A stretch of DNA of 64,000 nucleotides from Raja brachyura (taxonomy: Eukaryota), in assembly GCA_963514005.1 (NCBI GenBank), contig OY740813.1:9672001-9736000 (forward strand), in the 5' to 3' direction. The translations under genes and the position numbers were made by a program. Positions 24,665 to 45,933 of this stretch are shown here, piece after piece. A model generated the notes under the pieces. That model had not been told where the DNA came from and ran no database searches. It saw only the letters and a list, made by a program, of their open reading frames with translations. Every line of letters starts with the position of its first letter. The stretch's first letter is position 1.

Positions 24665-25749
24665 ACTGGTCAGGGATCAGGGAAACGAGAGATATAAACA
24701 GTGGTGTGGAGAGATAAGGAACAATGAGTGAAAGATATGCAAAAAAGTATTGGTGATAAAGGAAGCAGGCCATTGTAAGCTGTTTGTGGTGTGAAAATGA
24801 GAAGCTAGTGCGACTGGGGGGGGGGGGGGAGATGGAGAAGGAATGTCAGGGCCAGAGGGCTGAGGGAGAGGTGGGGGGGGAGGCAGTCTGGGTTAACAGA
24901 ATTGAGAAAATTCAATGTTTAAGCCCAGAGGATGCAGACTCCCAAAGCGGAATATGAGGTGCTGTTCCTCCAACTTGCGGTGTTGATCACTCTGGCCGTG
25001 GAGGAGGCCCAGGACCGAGAGGTCGGATACGGAGTGGGAGGGGGAGTTGAAGTGCTGAGCCACCGGGAGGTCGGGTTGGTTATTGCGGACCGAGCGGAGG
25101 TGTTCGGCGAAACGATCGCCCAGCCTCCGCTTGGTCTCACCGATGTAGATCAGCTGGCATCTGGAGCAACGGATGCAGTAGATGAGGTTGGAGGAGGTGC
25201 AGGTGAACCTCTGTCGGACTTGGAATGACTGCTTGGGTCCCTGAAAGGAGTGGATGGGGGAGGTGAAGGGACAAGTGTAGCATCTCTTGCGGTTGCAAGG
25301 GAAAGTGCCCGGGGAAGGAGTGGAGCGGGAGGGAAGGGAAGAATTGACGAGGGAGTTGCGGAGGGAGCGGTCTTTGCGGAAGGCAGACAGGGGGGGAGAT
25401 GGGAAGATGTGGCGAGTGGAGGGGTCACGTTGGAGGTGACGAAACTGGCGGAGGACTATCTGTTGTATGCGCTGGCTGGTGGGGTGAAAGGTGAGGACCA
25501 GGGGGACTCTGCCCTTGTTGTGAGTGGGGGAATGGGGAGAGAGGGCAGTGTTGCGGGGTATGGAGGAGACCCTGGTGCGAGCCTCATCTATAGTGGGGGA
25601 GGGGAAACCACGTTCTCTGAAGAACGAGGACATTTGCGATGACCTGGTGTGAAACACGTCATCCTGGGAGCAGATGCGGCGTAGACGGAGGAATTGGGAA
25701 TAAGGGATGGAGTCCTTACAGGAAGCAGGGTGGGAGGAAGAGTAGTCCA

Positions 25750-25850
25750 GGTAGCTGTGGGAGTCAGTTGGTTTGTAGTGGATGGTAGCTGTGGGAGTCA
25801 GTTGGTTTGTAGTGGATGGTAGCTGTGGAAGTCAGTTGGTTTGTAGTGGA
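25750..25850. repeat. Three 34-bp tandem units at the hairpin apex
   Basis: ggtagctgtgggagtcagttggtttgtagtggat at 25750, 25784 and 25818. Confidence 0.95.
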
Positions 25851-26537
25851 GTCATCGCAAATGTCCTCGTTCTTCAGAGAACGGGGTTTCCCCTCCCCCA
25901 CTATAGATGAGGCTCGCACCAGGGTCTCCTCCATACCCCGCAACACTGCCCTCTCTCCCCATTCCCCCACTCACAACAAGGGCCGAGTCTCCCTGGTCCT
26001 CACCTTTCACCCCACCAGCCAGCGCATACAACAGATAGTCCTCCGCCAGTTTCGTCACCTCGGTGAGACCAAACGGAGGCTGGGCGATCGTTTCGCCGAA
26101 CACCTCCGCTCGGTCCGCAATAACCAACCCGACCTCCCGGTGGCTCAGCACTTCAACTCCCCCTCCCACTCCGTATCCGACCTCTCGGTCCTGGGCCTCC
26201 TCCACGGCCAGAGTGATCAACACCGCAAGTTGGAGGAACAGCACCTCATATTCCGCTTGGGGAGTCTGCATCCTCTGGGCTTAAACATTGAATTTTCTCA
26301 ATTCTGTTAACCCAGACTGCCTCCCCCCCACCTCTCCCTCAGCCCTCTGGCCCTGACATTCCTTCTCCATCTCTCCCCCCCCCCCCAGTCGCACTAGCTT
26401 CTCATTTTCACACCACAAACAGCTTACAATGGCCTGCTTCCTTTATCACCAATACTTTTTTGCATATCTTTCACTCATTGTTCCTTATCTCTCCACATCA
26501 CTGTTTATATCTCTCGTTTCCCTGATCCCTGACCAGT

Positions 26538-26565
26538 CTGAAGAAGGGTCTCGACCCGAAACGTC
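26538..26565 (+). ncRNA. Minimal hammerhead ribozyme-like motif in PLE 3' terminal repeat
   Basis: CTGAAGA-A-GGGTC-TC-GACCC-GAAA-CGTC: catalytic boxes, stem II and palindromic ACGT; same strand as and downstream of the GIY-YIG frame; stem I is very short. Confidence 0.65.
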
Positions 26566-26984
26566 GCCTATCTCCTTCGCTCCTTAGATGCTGCTGCACC
26601 CGCTGAGTTTCTCCAGCTTTTTGTGTAACCCTCGATTCTCCAGCATCTGCAGTTCCTTCTTTAACACATATACAAGGAGATGATAGACACACAATTATCT
26701 TCGATGTAAATCAGCATCTGCAGTCCCTTCTTACAAAAAAAAACAAAAGATGAGTATACCTCCTAAATATAATGTTCGAATACACTGTCTGTATAACTCG
26801 TTATCACCTACCGCACATTTTAATGGACCATTGCGGGGTCCACCTTTAGAAAATAGGTGCAGGAGGAGGCCATTCGGCCCTTCAAGCCTTGATCATTGTT
26901 GCTTTTTGCATAACTTTCATTCAGTTGTTCAAAGGTCACCGAGGAACATATACAGGCACCACAGGCAATTGGGAAGGCAAATGG

Positions 26985-28380
26985 CACATTGGCTTTCATC
27001 GTGAAGGACTTGAGCAGAGAAGCACTGCAATTATATAGAGCTTAGACAAGTCCACATCTGGAGGTTTGTGCACTTTTAGTCTTACCTATAAAAGAATATA
27101 CCTTCCATTGATGGAGTCCAGTGAAGATTCATTAGCCTGATTCCAAGGTGAGGCAGAGGTTCACTTGCACCTCATCTACTGTATCCACCGTTCCTGGGAC
27201 AACTTCTGTACATCGGCAAGACCAAGCGCAGGCTCGGCGATCGTTTTGGTGAACACCTTCGCTCAGTCCGCCTTAACCTACCTGATATCCCGGTAGCTCA
27301 GCACTTTAACACTCCCATTCCCAATCTGACCTTTCTGTCCTGGCCCTCCTCCATTTACAGAGTGAGGCCCAGCACAAATTGAAGGAACAGCACATCATAT
27401 TTTGTTTATGCAGTTTACACTCCCACAGTATGTACATTGACTTCTGTAACTTCAAGTAACCCTTGCATTCTCACACCGTACACTTCCTTATCTCTGTATC
27501 TCCCCCTCCCCTGACTCTGTCGGAAGATGTGTCTCAACCCAAAATGTCACCCATTCCTTCTCAGTCATTAAGTGCTACAGAGTGAAACACTACGACCCCA
27601 CTAGCTCACACCGGCCAACATGTCCCAGCTACATGCATTTGGTCCATATGCCTCCAAACCTGTCCTATCCATGTATCTGTCTGTTTCTTAAATGTTGGGA
27701 TAGTCCGTGCCTCAACTACCTCCTCTGGCAGCTTGTTCCATACACCCGCCACCCTTTGTGTGAAAAAGTTATCCCTCAGATTCCTATTAAATCTTTTCCC
27801 CTTCTCCTTAAACCCATGTCCTCTGGTCCTCGATTCATCTACTCTGGGCAAGACTCTGTGCACCTACCCAATCTATTCCTCTCAACATCTTATACACTTC
27901 TATAAGATCATCCCTCATCACCCAGCGCTCCAAGGAATAGTGTCCCCCCAGCCTACTCTCTGGAGATGCTGCCTACCTCACTCAGTTACACCAGCATTTT
28001 GTGTCTATCCAGGGATGATGGGCTTGTTGTAGGTGTGATTGAGTACACTAAGGTTACATAATCTAGAGTGTGGAATAAGAAATCACATCAAAATTTAGCA
28101 CTTAAGGACTTGACAGAGGATAGTCTAGAACCAGAGATCGTCAGAACAAGGGGGTGGATCATTTAGGACTGAGATGAGGTTTTCTTTTTCATTTAGAGGA
28201 TGATGAATCATTGGATTTGTCTTCCGTGGAATGCTGTGGAGGTTTGGTCATAGAGATTATTTACAAAGAGATTGAATTTTAAAATGAATATAATGAAGTA
28301 ACAGTGAGGTAGATCTACCATCATGTAGATGATGGTTGAACGAACTAAAAGGCAAAAGGACTATATCCTGTTCCTATTTA
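26985..28380. mobile_element. Nested CR1(+) > PLE(+) > CR1(-) cluster
   Basis: CR1 RT remnant breaks at ~27147 and resumes at ~28008; PLE GIY-YIG remnant 27148-27560; CR1 3' fragment ~27590-27940 (TRGHGFK...FFTQRV..VWNKLP). Confidence 0.7.
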
Positions 28381-30050
28381 TAATGTTCAATTCATGACTC
28401 TATTATTGCCTTTTGTAAACAAGCATTTAATAAAGCAGAATGCAATAAAATTCAGATTTTGATTTAATATTACTTGCATCATCCATCTACAAATGCAGCA
28501 AAGGATTCCCCTTCACCTGAAGATCTCATCAATGGATGAAGAGATTTCATCTCAACCCCAAAAAGCATCAACAGAAAATGCATCTCATAAATAATCAGAT
28601 TCCGATATAGCCATTTTATCACTAGATAAGTAGACAAAGACAAACGCTAGATAAGTAGTCCAAAGAAGGGTCTCGACCCGAAACGTCACCCATTCCTTCT
28701 CTCCAGAGATGCTGCCTGTCCCGCTGAGTTACTCCAGCATTTTGTGTCTACCTTATCAATAGATAAACTGACTTTAGGGAAATGGAGTTTTGTTGATTCA
28801 ACAAAATGCAACTGCAAGTGATAATCATCGGGAGAGATAGAAGCAAACAAAAAACAGAGAGGGAAGACATTAGAAACACTGCACTTCTGAGTGATATTCC
28901 AAATGACTCCCACTCTCATAAGATGGAAATCAAGTGGTCTTGAAGTTGGTACCTGGCCACCACTTTGCCAAAAATTCAAACATCTCAAGGGCAGCAGTAT
29001 TGGGCTGTTATATAGAGCCTAGTGAGTCCACACCTGGAGGTTTGTATTTATTAAATTGCCTTAGCTAAAAGAGGACAGTCTTTCTTGACCCTGCTAAACA
29101 AACCTGGTGTATCCTGGATTGTTAAACTACTGTCGATCTAAAAAGAGGTAGAATTGAATTTTCCTGCAATTAAGCCAGGATGGAAAGTCATGAATCAAGG
29201 TGCATCTTAATGGAAAACCATGTATCAGGGTATTTGTATGTTCACAGCACCAAAGGAAATTGATTCAATACAAAAAAAGGAAAAAAGAGAACTTGCAATT
29301 TTACAGCGCCGTTCTTGGGCTCTAAAATGATTTGATATGCCCAGTGAAACCGTGAGAATGGCAATTGTTGCCATGTTGAAAATATGGCAGCCAATTGCAA
29401 TTGGAACAATTCAATACAAGATGAAGATTAGATAATATGGTTCCATTCTTGCAGAAATAAATATTGGCTCAGACCTTAGAGAATATTCTTCTGCTCTCTA
29501 ATTTTACAGGAAAGGGAAAACAGCACTCAAGTGAAACAAAGGGCCTTGAAAGAGACAACATGTACATGTAACAGTCTTCCTACCAATAATTCTATCTGTA
29601 TATTTTGGTTCCTTTTTCTCTTCTGTTCCTTGTTCCTAATTAAAAGCAGACCACTGTTATTAGTTCTTAAGTAACGCAGCAGAAACATTAACTTGTTCAA
29701 TCCCTCCACAAATGCACTGGATTGCTGTGTGTTTAGGATAATTCAGTTCTTTATTTTATTTTTGCATTTTATTTTTGCCTGATCCATTGAGTTCCTCCAG
29801 CACTTTGTGATTTCCTCAAGATTCCAGCACTTGAATGGAGTTAGGAACAGAACAGCACAAGACTACATTCATCAATTTTATTTTAATATCAAGCTTGCCC
29901 TGATGTTTGCATTAGACCTGATTGAAGCTACGGATTGCACCAATTCACACTCTGCTAACAAAGAGTGAATGTTTTGTGAGCTTTTAAATAAATCCCATTC
30001 CTCTCTGCATAAAGATCCAGTTGTCTGTTCAAAATCATGAATGGAAATGT

Positions 30051-38716
<8,666 letters not shown>

Positions 38717-39829
38717 CTTTACGTCGCGGGAAGAGGTTCAGTCCTGGTATTTTTAAAGGCGCGTTGCATTGCTTCAATGACGATTTTATGTTCTCCTTTC
38801 AGATGCCTTCTTGGCAGTTCAACTGTACAACAGAGTTTCTCGTCGGTTGAGTTCCTGAGCTATAACAATGCTGATAAAATAATTTTGTTTGTGCAACTCC
38901 AATGTAATGTAAGCAATGTAAGCTAACTCCAATCATTGCTCAAATCAAACGTCCAACAATCACATTTAGTCCTTTTAACCTTACCATGAGAATTGCCTCG
39001 GTGTCACCAGCCCCAAAACATAACAAGTGTGCCATTCTTTATAATAAAAGCACAATATATGTTTTAATTTAACAAACAAAAACAAATAAAAACCTTTGAA
39101 AAACGAGATACCTCCATATTTTAATAGGTAATCACTAGCTCTAATATCGCAAAGGCAAACAGTCTAATCAATTGACTCAGTCAGACCAACAACTGATTTT
39201 TTTTTAATTGGCCTCTTGTCCCTGGAGAGGATAAGCATTGGATTCCAACACACAATCATCATCAAATCCCCTTCACCTGTATCTACCTAACACTTGCCAG
39301 GCTTTGTCCCACACTACCTCTTTTCCAGCTTTCTCCCCCTCCAACATTCAGTCAGAAGAGGGGTCCCAACCTAAACAACGTTTGTCCATTCCTTCCATGA
39401 ATGCTGCCTGGTGGGACTAGCATAGATGGGCATCCGAGTCAGTATGGACAAGTTGGGCCAAATGGCCTATTTCCATGCAGTATAACTCTATGACCTGCAG
39501 TGTTACTCCAGCACTGTGTATTTTGCTCAATAATTCTACATTTGCACTTCCTTGTGTTTCCTTCTAAATATGATAGTTTGTGAATCTGCATTTTCTGAAA
39601 TATTTTAATTGGTTAAAATAGGAGTTGAAAATATAAGGTAGAACTGGCAATTTTTTGGGGGAAAAAACAAAGTGCTGGAGCAACTCAGTGGGTCAGGCAA
39701 CATCTCTGGAGAACATGGTAAAGTGATTTATTGAGTCCCACCCTTCTTCGCTCCTTGTGTCTTTACTGACATTTTTGGACCAACTTTCACAACTTGAAAT
39801 TCCTGTGTGCTTTTCAAGAACACCATAAA

Positions 39830-40450
39830 ATAGCAGTCTCCTCGCCCCCTCAAGCCTGCCCCCCCCCCATTCAATACAAACATGGCTGATCTGCCGAAGG
39901 TCTCATCTTTTCTTTTGCACCAATTCCCCAAAGCTCTCAGTTCTCTAATCTTTCAAAAATAATGAGCCACCTCTTCCTTAAATACCTCCAATTATCCCGC
40001 TTCCACAATCCTCTGGAGAAGAGAATTCCAGAGATTCGCCATTGTCAGTGGGAAGAACTTCATGCGCTCTTCAGTTTTAAATGCCAACCCTATTTCTCAT
40101 GAATTTGTCCCCTCATTTGAGAATCCCACTCTCCAGGTGGGGCTCCTTCGAGACTCTCTCTCTCAGTCAGGCCTCCATGAATCTTGAATAAGCTCACCCT
40201 TCATTCTTCTAAATGCCAAAGAATAGAAATCCAACTGCTTTAGTTGTTTGTGACAAGAAAATCCTTCCATCAATTAGCCTTGTCAATCATTTGTGACATA
40301 TTTTCTTAAATAAGGAGTCCAAATAATATATAGTACGCCAGACAACCTCGAACAACCTGTACAATTTTAACCTTTTTTATTGTTAAACTTCAAATTCCCT
40401 TACAAAAAAAAAATGCTATTTGCTTTCCTATACTACATGCTGCACCCACC
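39830..40450 (-). mobile_element. Degenerate CR1 3' fragment
   Basis: Diffuse similarity to the 33130-33930 copy. Confidence 0.5.
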
Positions 40451-41597
40451 TGCTGTTTTGTTTTCTGATTCATGCAAGGGATCCCTCTATAACGCACTTA
40501 TTTACAATCACACTCTTTTTAGATAATAATCTGCCCTTTGATATTTTTTACACAAATGCATTACTTCATCTTTTCCCCACATTTAGTTTCCACTTCCTTC
40601 ACTCAAATCATAAGTAGAATTTTGCAGAGTCAGACATCCTCAGCACAACATGCCCATCCCAATTATTTTTTTAATCTTTGGCAAAATTGACCCTGTCCCA
40701 TCCTCCAAGTCAGTCCTATAAAAAGGAAATAATTGAAATAAAACTGGTCCTTGGGGCACTCCTTCATTTGCATCCTTTCAGCCCAAGAAAGACTGATTTT
40801 GTGAAAACGGATCCATATTAACATACTTCCCCCAATACTGTGTCCTATTGCCACTGAAGACTTTCAATGTGGAAATGGCATTATCAGTGTGCACTACTAC
40901 ATTTGAAGATGTGGGATTAAAAATTATGTGACCTCAGATCTGACTAAATGAATTATCTGCAACTCAACGCTGAATATGTACTGTGGAGGTGGTCTCTTCA
41001 GCATCAATCCTGGCCCCCCCAACTCCCCTCTCAGATCTAAACCCACAACACCACGTTGATACACAGCACGTGAATTCTTCAAAAATCTGATATACTTATT
41101 TATTAACAAACATGCGTTTCACACTTCAATCAGTATTATGTTGTTTCTGGCCTCTACACAGTATTGGTTGCTGTGCATCTTACATTATAGCTATGATAAG
41201 ATTTTTTTGGTTACAACGTTTCTCAGGGGTTCTTGGAGGAGCTTTTCTTACTTTAACAAATGCTGTGGCCTGAAGTTAATGACTTTCTATTATTTTCCTC
41301 CAGGGTTTTTAAGCGAACCCTTTCAACCAAGGGCAAACTGCTGACATTGCAACAAGATCGTCCTCGCAGCCGACTGTCTGCCTCGCTGCCGGATACTATG
41401 ATAATCCTCCGAATGATGTTCTTTTTTTTTGTACTGGAAATGATTTAGGAAAAAATAATTGAGGAAATAAGTGAGCTCTTCTCAGGCGGGTTGGGGACAC
41501 CCCGTGTTAGGGCCCCTTGTAGCCGGTTGTTACATTGAGGTCAGAGGTGAAGTTCCAGTTGCTACAACCCCGGGGGGGAAGAGAGGATTTTGCTGCA

Positions 41598-44500
41598 ATG
41601 TCGGGGCCGAATGGAGATCCGGTTGTTAATGTGGAGCATGAAGAGGACGATGTACCCGCTGAAGGTAAAAGTCAGTGGTGGACGGAAACTCAAAATACAA
41701 AATGCTGGAGGGACTCAACGGGGCAGGCAGCGTCCGTTGAAGGAATGGACAGGCAACGACGCCTGAGCCGCTGAGTTACTCCAGCATTTCGTGTTTTACT
41801 TCTTCAGATTGATCAAGAGACAAGCCAAGAGTGTTTTATTGTCATGTGTCCTAGATAGAACAATGTCATTCTTACTTGCAGCAGCATAACAGAATATGTA
41901 AACATAGTACTCTGTAAACGATATAATAAACGACAAAAACAAGTTCAGTGTGTGTGTATATATATTTATATATGTGCGATAGATACAAAATGCTGGAGTA
42001 ACTCAACGGGTCAGGCAGCATCTCTGGAGAGAAGGAATGGGCGACGTTTCAGGTCGAGACCCATCTTCAGACTGATGTCGGGAGGGGGCGGGACAGATAG
42101 AATGTAGTCGGAGACAGTAACACTGGTGGGAGAACTGGGAAGGGGGAGTAGATGGAAAGCAAGGGTATTTGAAGTTAGAGAACTCAATGTTCATAACGCT
42201 GGGGTGTAAACTACCCAAGCGAAATATGAGATGCTGTTCCTCCAATTTACCCTGGGCCTCACTCTGACAACCGAGGAGGCCCAGAACAGAAAGGTCAGAT
42301 TGGGAATGGGGAGGGGTTGTTAAAGTGCTGAGCAACAGGGATATCAGGTAGGTTAAGGCGGACTGAGTGGAGGTGTCCAGCGAAACGACCGCCGAGCTTG
42401 CGCTTGGTCTCGCTGACGTGAAGAAGTTGACATCAGGAACAGCGGATACAGTAGATTGGAGAAGGTGCAAATGAACCTCTGCCTCACCTGAAAAGACTTG
42501 GTATCCTTGGATATAGTCGAGGGGGGAGGTAAAGGGCCAGGTGTTGCATCTCCTGCGGCTCCAGGGGAAAGTACCGAGGGAAGGGGGTGGTTTGGGTGGG
42601 AAGGGACGAGTTGACCAAGGAATTGCGCAGGGAATGGTCTCTATGGAAAGCAGAAAGGGGGTGCAGATGGGAGGATGTGGCCAGTAATGGGATCCCGTTG
42701 GAGTTGGCAAAAATTTTGGAGGATCATATGCCGTAAATATATATATATGTGTGTGTGTGTGTTCGCTAACAAATATATCAGACGTTGGATAGAATTTGCA
42801 TGTTTGGCATCCTATGTAGTGTGTGGGGTTTATGTTTGGATAACATGAAAAATAAAGCTTTTTATTGCACCTCAATACCTGTGATAATAATAAACCTAAA
42901 GCTAATATGTGAAAGTAGCGGAGAGAAGCTACCAGATCCAGTGCCTCACACCAGACATGGATATGAACCAGCTGATTAATTATGGAGGGATACGTACATC
43001 TTTCGACTTAAACGCGTAAAAAAAGGACACAATGTGCTGGAGTAACTCAGCAGGTCAGGCAGCATCTTTGGAGAACATTGAGAGATAATGTTTCGGGCAG
43101 AGACCCTTCATCATAATGATTTTGGGAGGGAGCTGGGTGGATGTTTGTAGGATAATGATCTAAAATTGGAGAATGTAATGTTCATATCGTTAGGTTGTAA
43201 GGTACTAAAGCGGAATCTGAGATGCTGTTCCTCAGTTTGCGCCTGGCCTCTCTGCCAATGGAGGGGCCTAGGGCATAAAAGATAGCATGGGAAAGGGTCT
43301 TAAAATGGTTAGCAACTGGGTGATTTAGCAGGTCTTACCGAGATTTAAACTTTAGGGATACAGCAGGGTAACAGGCCCTTTGGCCCAATGAATCCATGCT
43401 GACCAGCGGTCACCTCGTACCCTCACCTACATACTAGGGACAATTTTACAACTCACTGAAGTCAATTAACCTTCAAATCTGGACATCCAAGATGTCCTCA
43501 TTCTTTAGGGAATTGGGGTTCCCCATTACCATCATAGATAAGGCCCTCACTTGTGCCTCCTACGGTCCCTGCAGTTCTGCCTTTGCTTCCCTTCCCTCTA
43601 ATCCTTACCTTTCACCTCATCAGCTGTCGCATACAACACATAATCCTCTGAAACCTTCGCCACCTCCAACGGTAATCACATCTTCCCATCTCCACCCCTT
43701 TCCGCCTTCCACAGAGACCGTTCCCTCCCTGGTTACCTCATCCCTTCCCACCCAAGCCATTCCCGCCCAGGTACCTTCCCCTGCAACACCTGTACCTATA
43801 CGTTCTCCCTCGACTCTGTCCAGGGATCCCAATAGTCCTTTCAGGTTGGGCAGAGGTTCACATGCACCTCCTCCAACCTCATCTACTGTATCCATTGTTC
43901 AAGATGTGGACTCTTAGACATTGGCAAGACCAAACGTAGACGGGGCGATCGTATCACTTAACACCTTCGCTCAGTCCGTCTGAACCTACCTGATCTCCCA
44001 GTAGGTAAACACTTTAATTCTCCTTCCCATTCCCACACAGACCTTTCTGTCCTAGAACTCCTCCATTGTCAGAGTGAGGCTAAACGCAAATTGGAGGACT
44101 AGCATCTCATATTTCGCTTGGGCTGCTTACAGTCCAATGGATAGTATGAATTGTGATTTCTCTGACTTCATGTCGCCTCAGCATTCCCTCTATCCCTCCC
44201 CCACTAGCTTCTCATTTTAACCCAACAGCTAACAATGACTTGTTTCCTTTATCATTGGTACTTTTTTTGCATATCTTTCATTCATTGTTTTATTTCTCTA
44301 TCATCATCCATATCTCTCGTTTCCCTTATCTTTAATCAGTCTGAAGGGTCTCGACTCGAAACGTCACTCATTCCTTCTCTCCAGAAATGCTGCCTGTTCC
44401 AGTTACTCCAGCTTTGGTCTTACACCAGCATCTGCTGTTCCTTCCTACAAATCTGTACGTCTTTGGAATGTGAGAGGAAACCGAAGCACCTGGAGAAAAC

Positions 44501-45933
44501 CCACAGTTACCAGAACATATAAACTCCATATAGACAGCACCCCTGATCAGGATTGAACTCGGGTCCCTGGCACTGTAAGGCAGCAACTCTACCATTGTGT
44601 CACTGCGCCGATCACGTCTTCACTTGGTCTCGCCAATGTAAAGGAGGCCACATTGAGAACACCAAATGCAGTAGATAAGATTAAAGGAGTTACACATGAA
44701 TATCCGTTTCACCTGGAAGGACTGCTGGGGTCCCTGGATGGATGTGAGGAAGGAGGTACAAGGATAGGTGTTGCATCTACCGCAGTTGCAGGGGAATGTA
44801 CCAGGGGAGGGGGCAGTTTGGGTGGGAAGAGATGAGTGAACCAAGGAGTTTTGGACGAAGCGGTCTCTGTGGAAGGCGGAAAGGAGTGGTGATAGGAAGA
44901 TGTGACTGGTGGTGAGATCACATAGCAGGCGGCGGAAATGCAGAGAATGAGGTGTTGGATACGGGGGACATGATGGGGTAAAATGTAAGTTTCAGTGAAA
45001 CCCTCCTTGCACGATCTGGGCATAGTGGGGCACGAGTGCAGAACAACGGGATACAGGTGAGAGGTTCATCTATGGCAATGGGGAGGTGGGGTTGCAAAGA
45101 GACCATGTTTATAAAGATCTTGGTTGTCCTGGAATGGAAAGTTTCATCTTGTGAGCAGATGCAGAGGAGACAGAGAAATTGAGAGTAGAGGATAGCATCT
45201 CTGCAAGAGGCAGGGTGGGAGTGGTTTACTTCCGATAACTAGTTGATCAGTTTGTAATAGATGTTACGTGATACTCTCTCCTCTGTGATGGAGATCAAGA
45301 AAGAATAGTCCAAGTGAGTTTGATGGCAGGTTGTAAAGTTAATGAAATCAACGTGTTCTGCATGAGTGCAGAAGGCAACCCCAATGTAGTCGATGCAGCA
45401 GAGAGTTGATGGATGGGGCCAGAGTATGTTGTGCAATAAGAACTGCTCCAAACAGGCATGTCTTCCCTCTACAGTGGATGTAATTTCTCATATTATTGAA
45501 AATGCGTGTATTCTTTCAGGTGTTTTAATTGGTCATCCCCCAGTGAGTATCCTTAGAAAACACTTCATTGCAATCGTCGCAGTCATGTGAAAACCCTTAT
45601 TGTTTGAAAATCTTATATTATAATGGACTACCCGCCAAAATAAGTTAATTGTCTGCAAATGTGACTCAATGTTGTACTTTTGTTATTTCTGTTGTGACTA
45701 ATTCAGTCTGTAATTAAAGATGTATTCCTCACCTCTGTCCATCTTTGGCAGAATATGATACACTCAACGTGATGCTTGATCAGATCAACTCTTGCTTGGA
45801 CAACCTTGAGGAGAAGAACGATGCGCTAAATGCTAAATTTCAAGAACTGTTGGAGTCAAATCGCCAAGCAAGGATGGAATTTAGGCAGCAACAAATTGAT
45901 GCAACAATAGAATCCAAGAACCAGATGGCTTGA
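41598..45933 (+). CDS. BBLN: Bublin coiled-coil protein (C9orf16), 2 exons, 82 aa
   Basis: Exon 41598-41664 (MSGPNGDPVVNVEHEEDDVPAE, G|gtaaaa) plus exon 45752-45933 (EYDTLNVMLDQINSCLDNLEEKNDALNAKFQELLESNRQARMEF...*); 249 nt in frame; characteristic MSGPNGD start and LDQINSCLD motif. Confidence 0.93.
41978..42735 (-). mobile_element. Penelope-like element fragment (GIY-YIG and terminal repeat)
   Basis: HSQSDLSVLGLL..KLEEQHLIFRLGSLHP..NIEFS in ORF 42003-42875. Confidence 0.88.
42043..42070 (-). ncRNA. Minimal hammerhead-like motif in PLE copy
   Basis: Reverse complement CTGAAGATGGGTCTCGACCTGAAACGTC, downstream of the GIY-YIG remnant on the same strand. Confidence 0.5.
43020..43340 (-). mobile_element. 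Degenerate PLE 3' fragment
   Basis: Terminal repeat plus gatgctgttcctc GIY-YIG C-terminal remnant. Confidence 0.65.
43488..44447 (+). mobile_element. Penelope-like element fragment inserted in a V-SINE
   Basis: MSSFFRELGFP..IDKAL, GIY-YIG remnant, terminal repeat and tail; SINE halves on both sides. Confidence 0.85.
44612..45420 (-). mobile_element. Older Penelope-like fragment (RT C-terminus to GIY-YIG)
   Basis: PGTFPCNCGRCNT...NLIYCIWCSQCGLLYIGETK (44620-44844); RT thumb-like remnant 45239-45420. Confidence 0.82.

Larger units (their letters stand above)
24573..26667. mobile_element. Penelope-like retroelement; two 5'-truncated copies fused head-to-head (fold-back) encoding GIY-YIG endonuclease
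   Basis: ORF 24893-25657(-) has PLE thumb/linker, CxxxxCxxC, NLIYCIRCSRCQLIYIGETKRRLGDRFAEH and GLN; its mirror is 25851-26630(+). Flanking direct repeats atatacaagcagatg (24558-24572) and atatacaaggagatg (26668-26682). Confidence 0.92.

Noticed and set aside
24893-25657. 254-aa ORF as a host gene or domesticated nuclease
   Set aside because: It is the 5'-truncated C-terminal part of a PLE polyprotein (GTG start, no RT core) with several decayed relatives in the window; openness is explained by young age
25750-25850. CRISPR-like array
   Set aside because: Contiguous tandem units with no spacers, in vertebrate retroelement sequence
24919-26284. Many overlapping ORFs in both directions
   Set aside because: Shadow frames of a GC-rich PLE sequence duplicated by the inverted repeat
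42003-42875. 290-aa ORF
   Set aside because: Chimeric reading through a TA/TG microsatellite and a frameshifted PLE fragment
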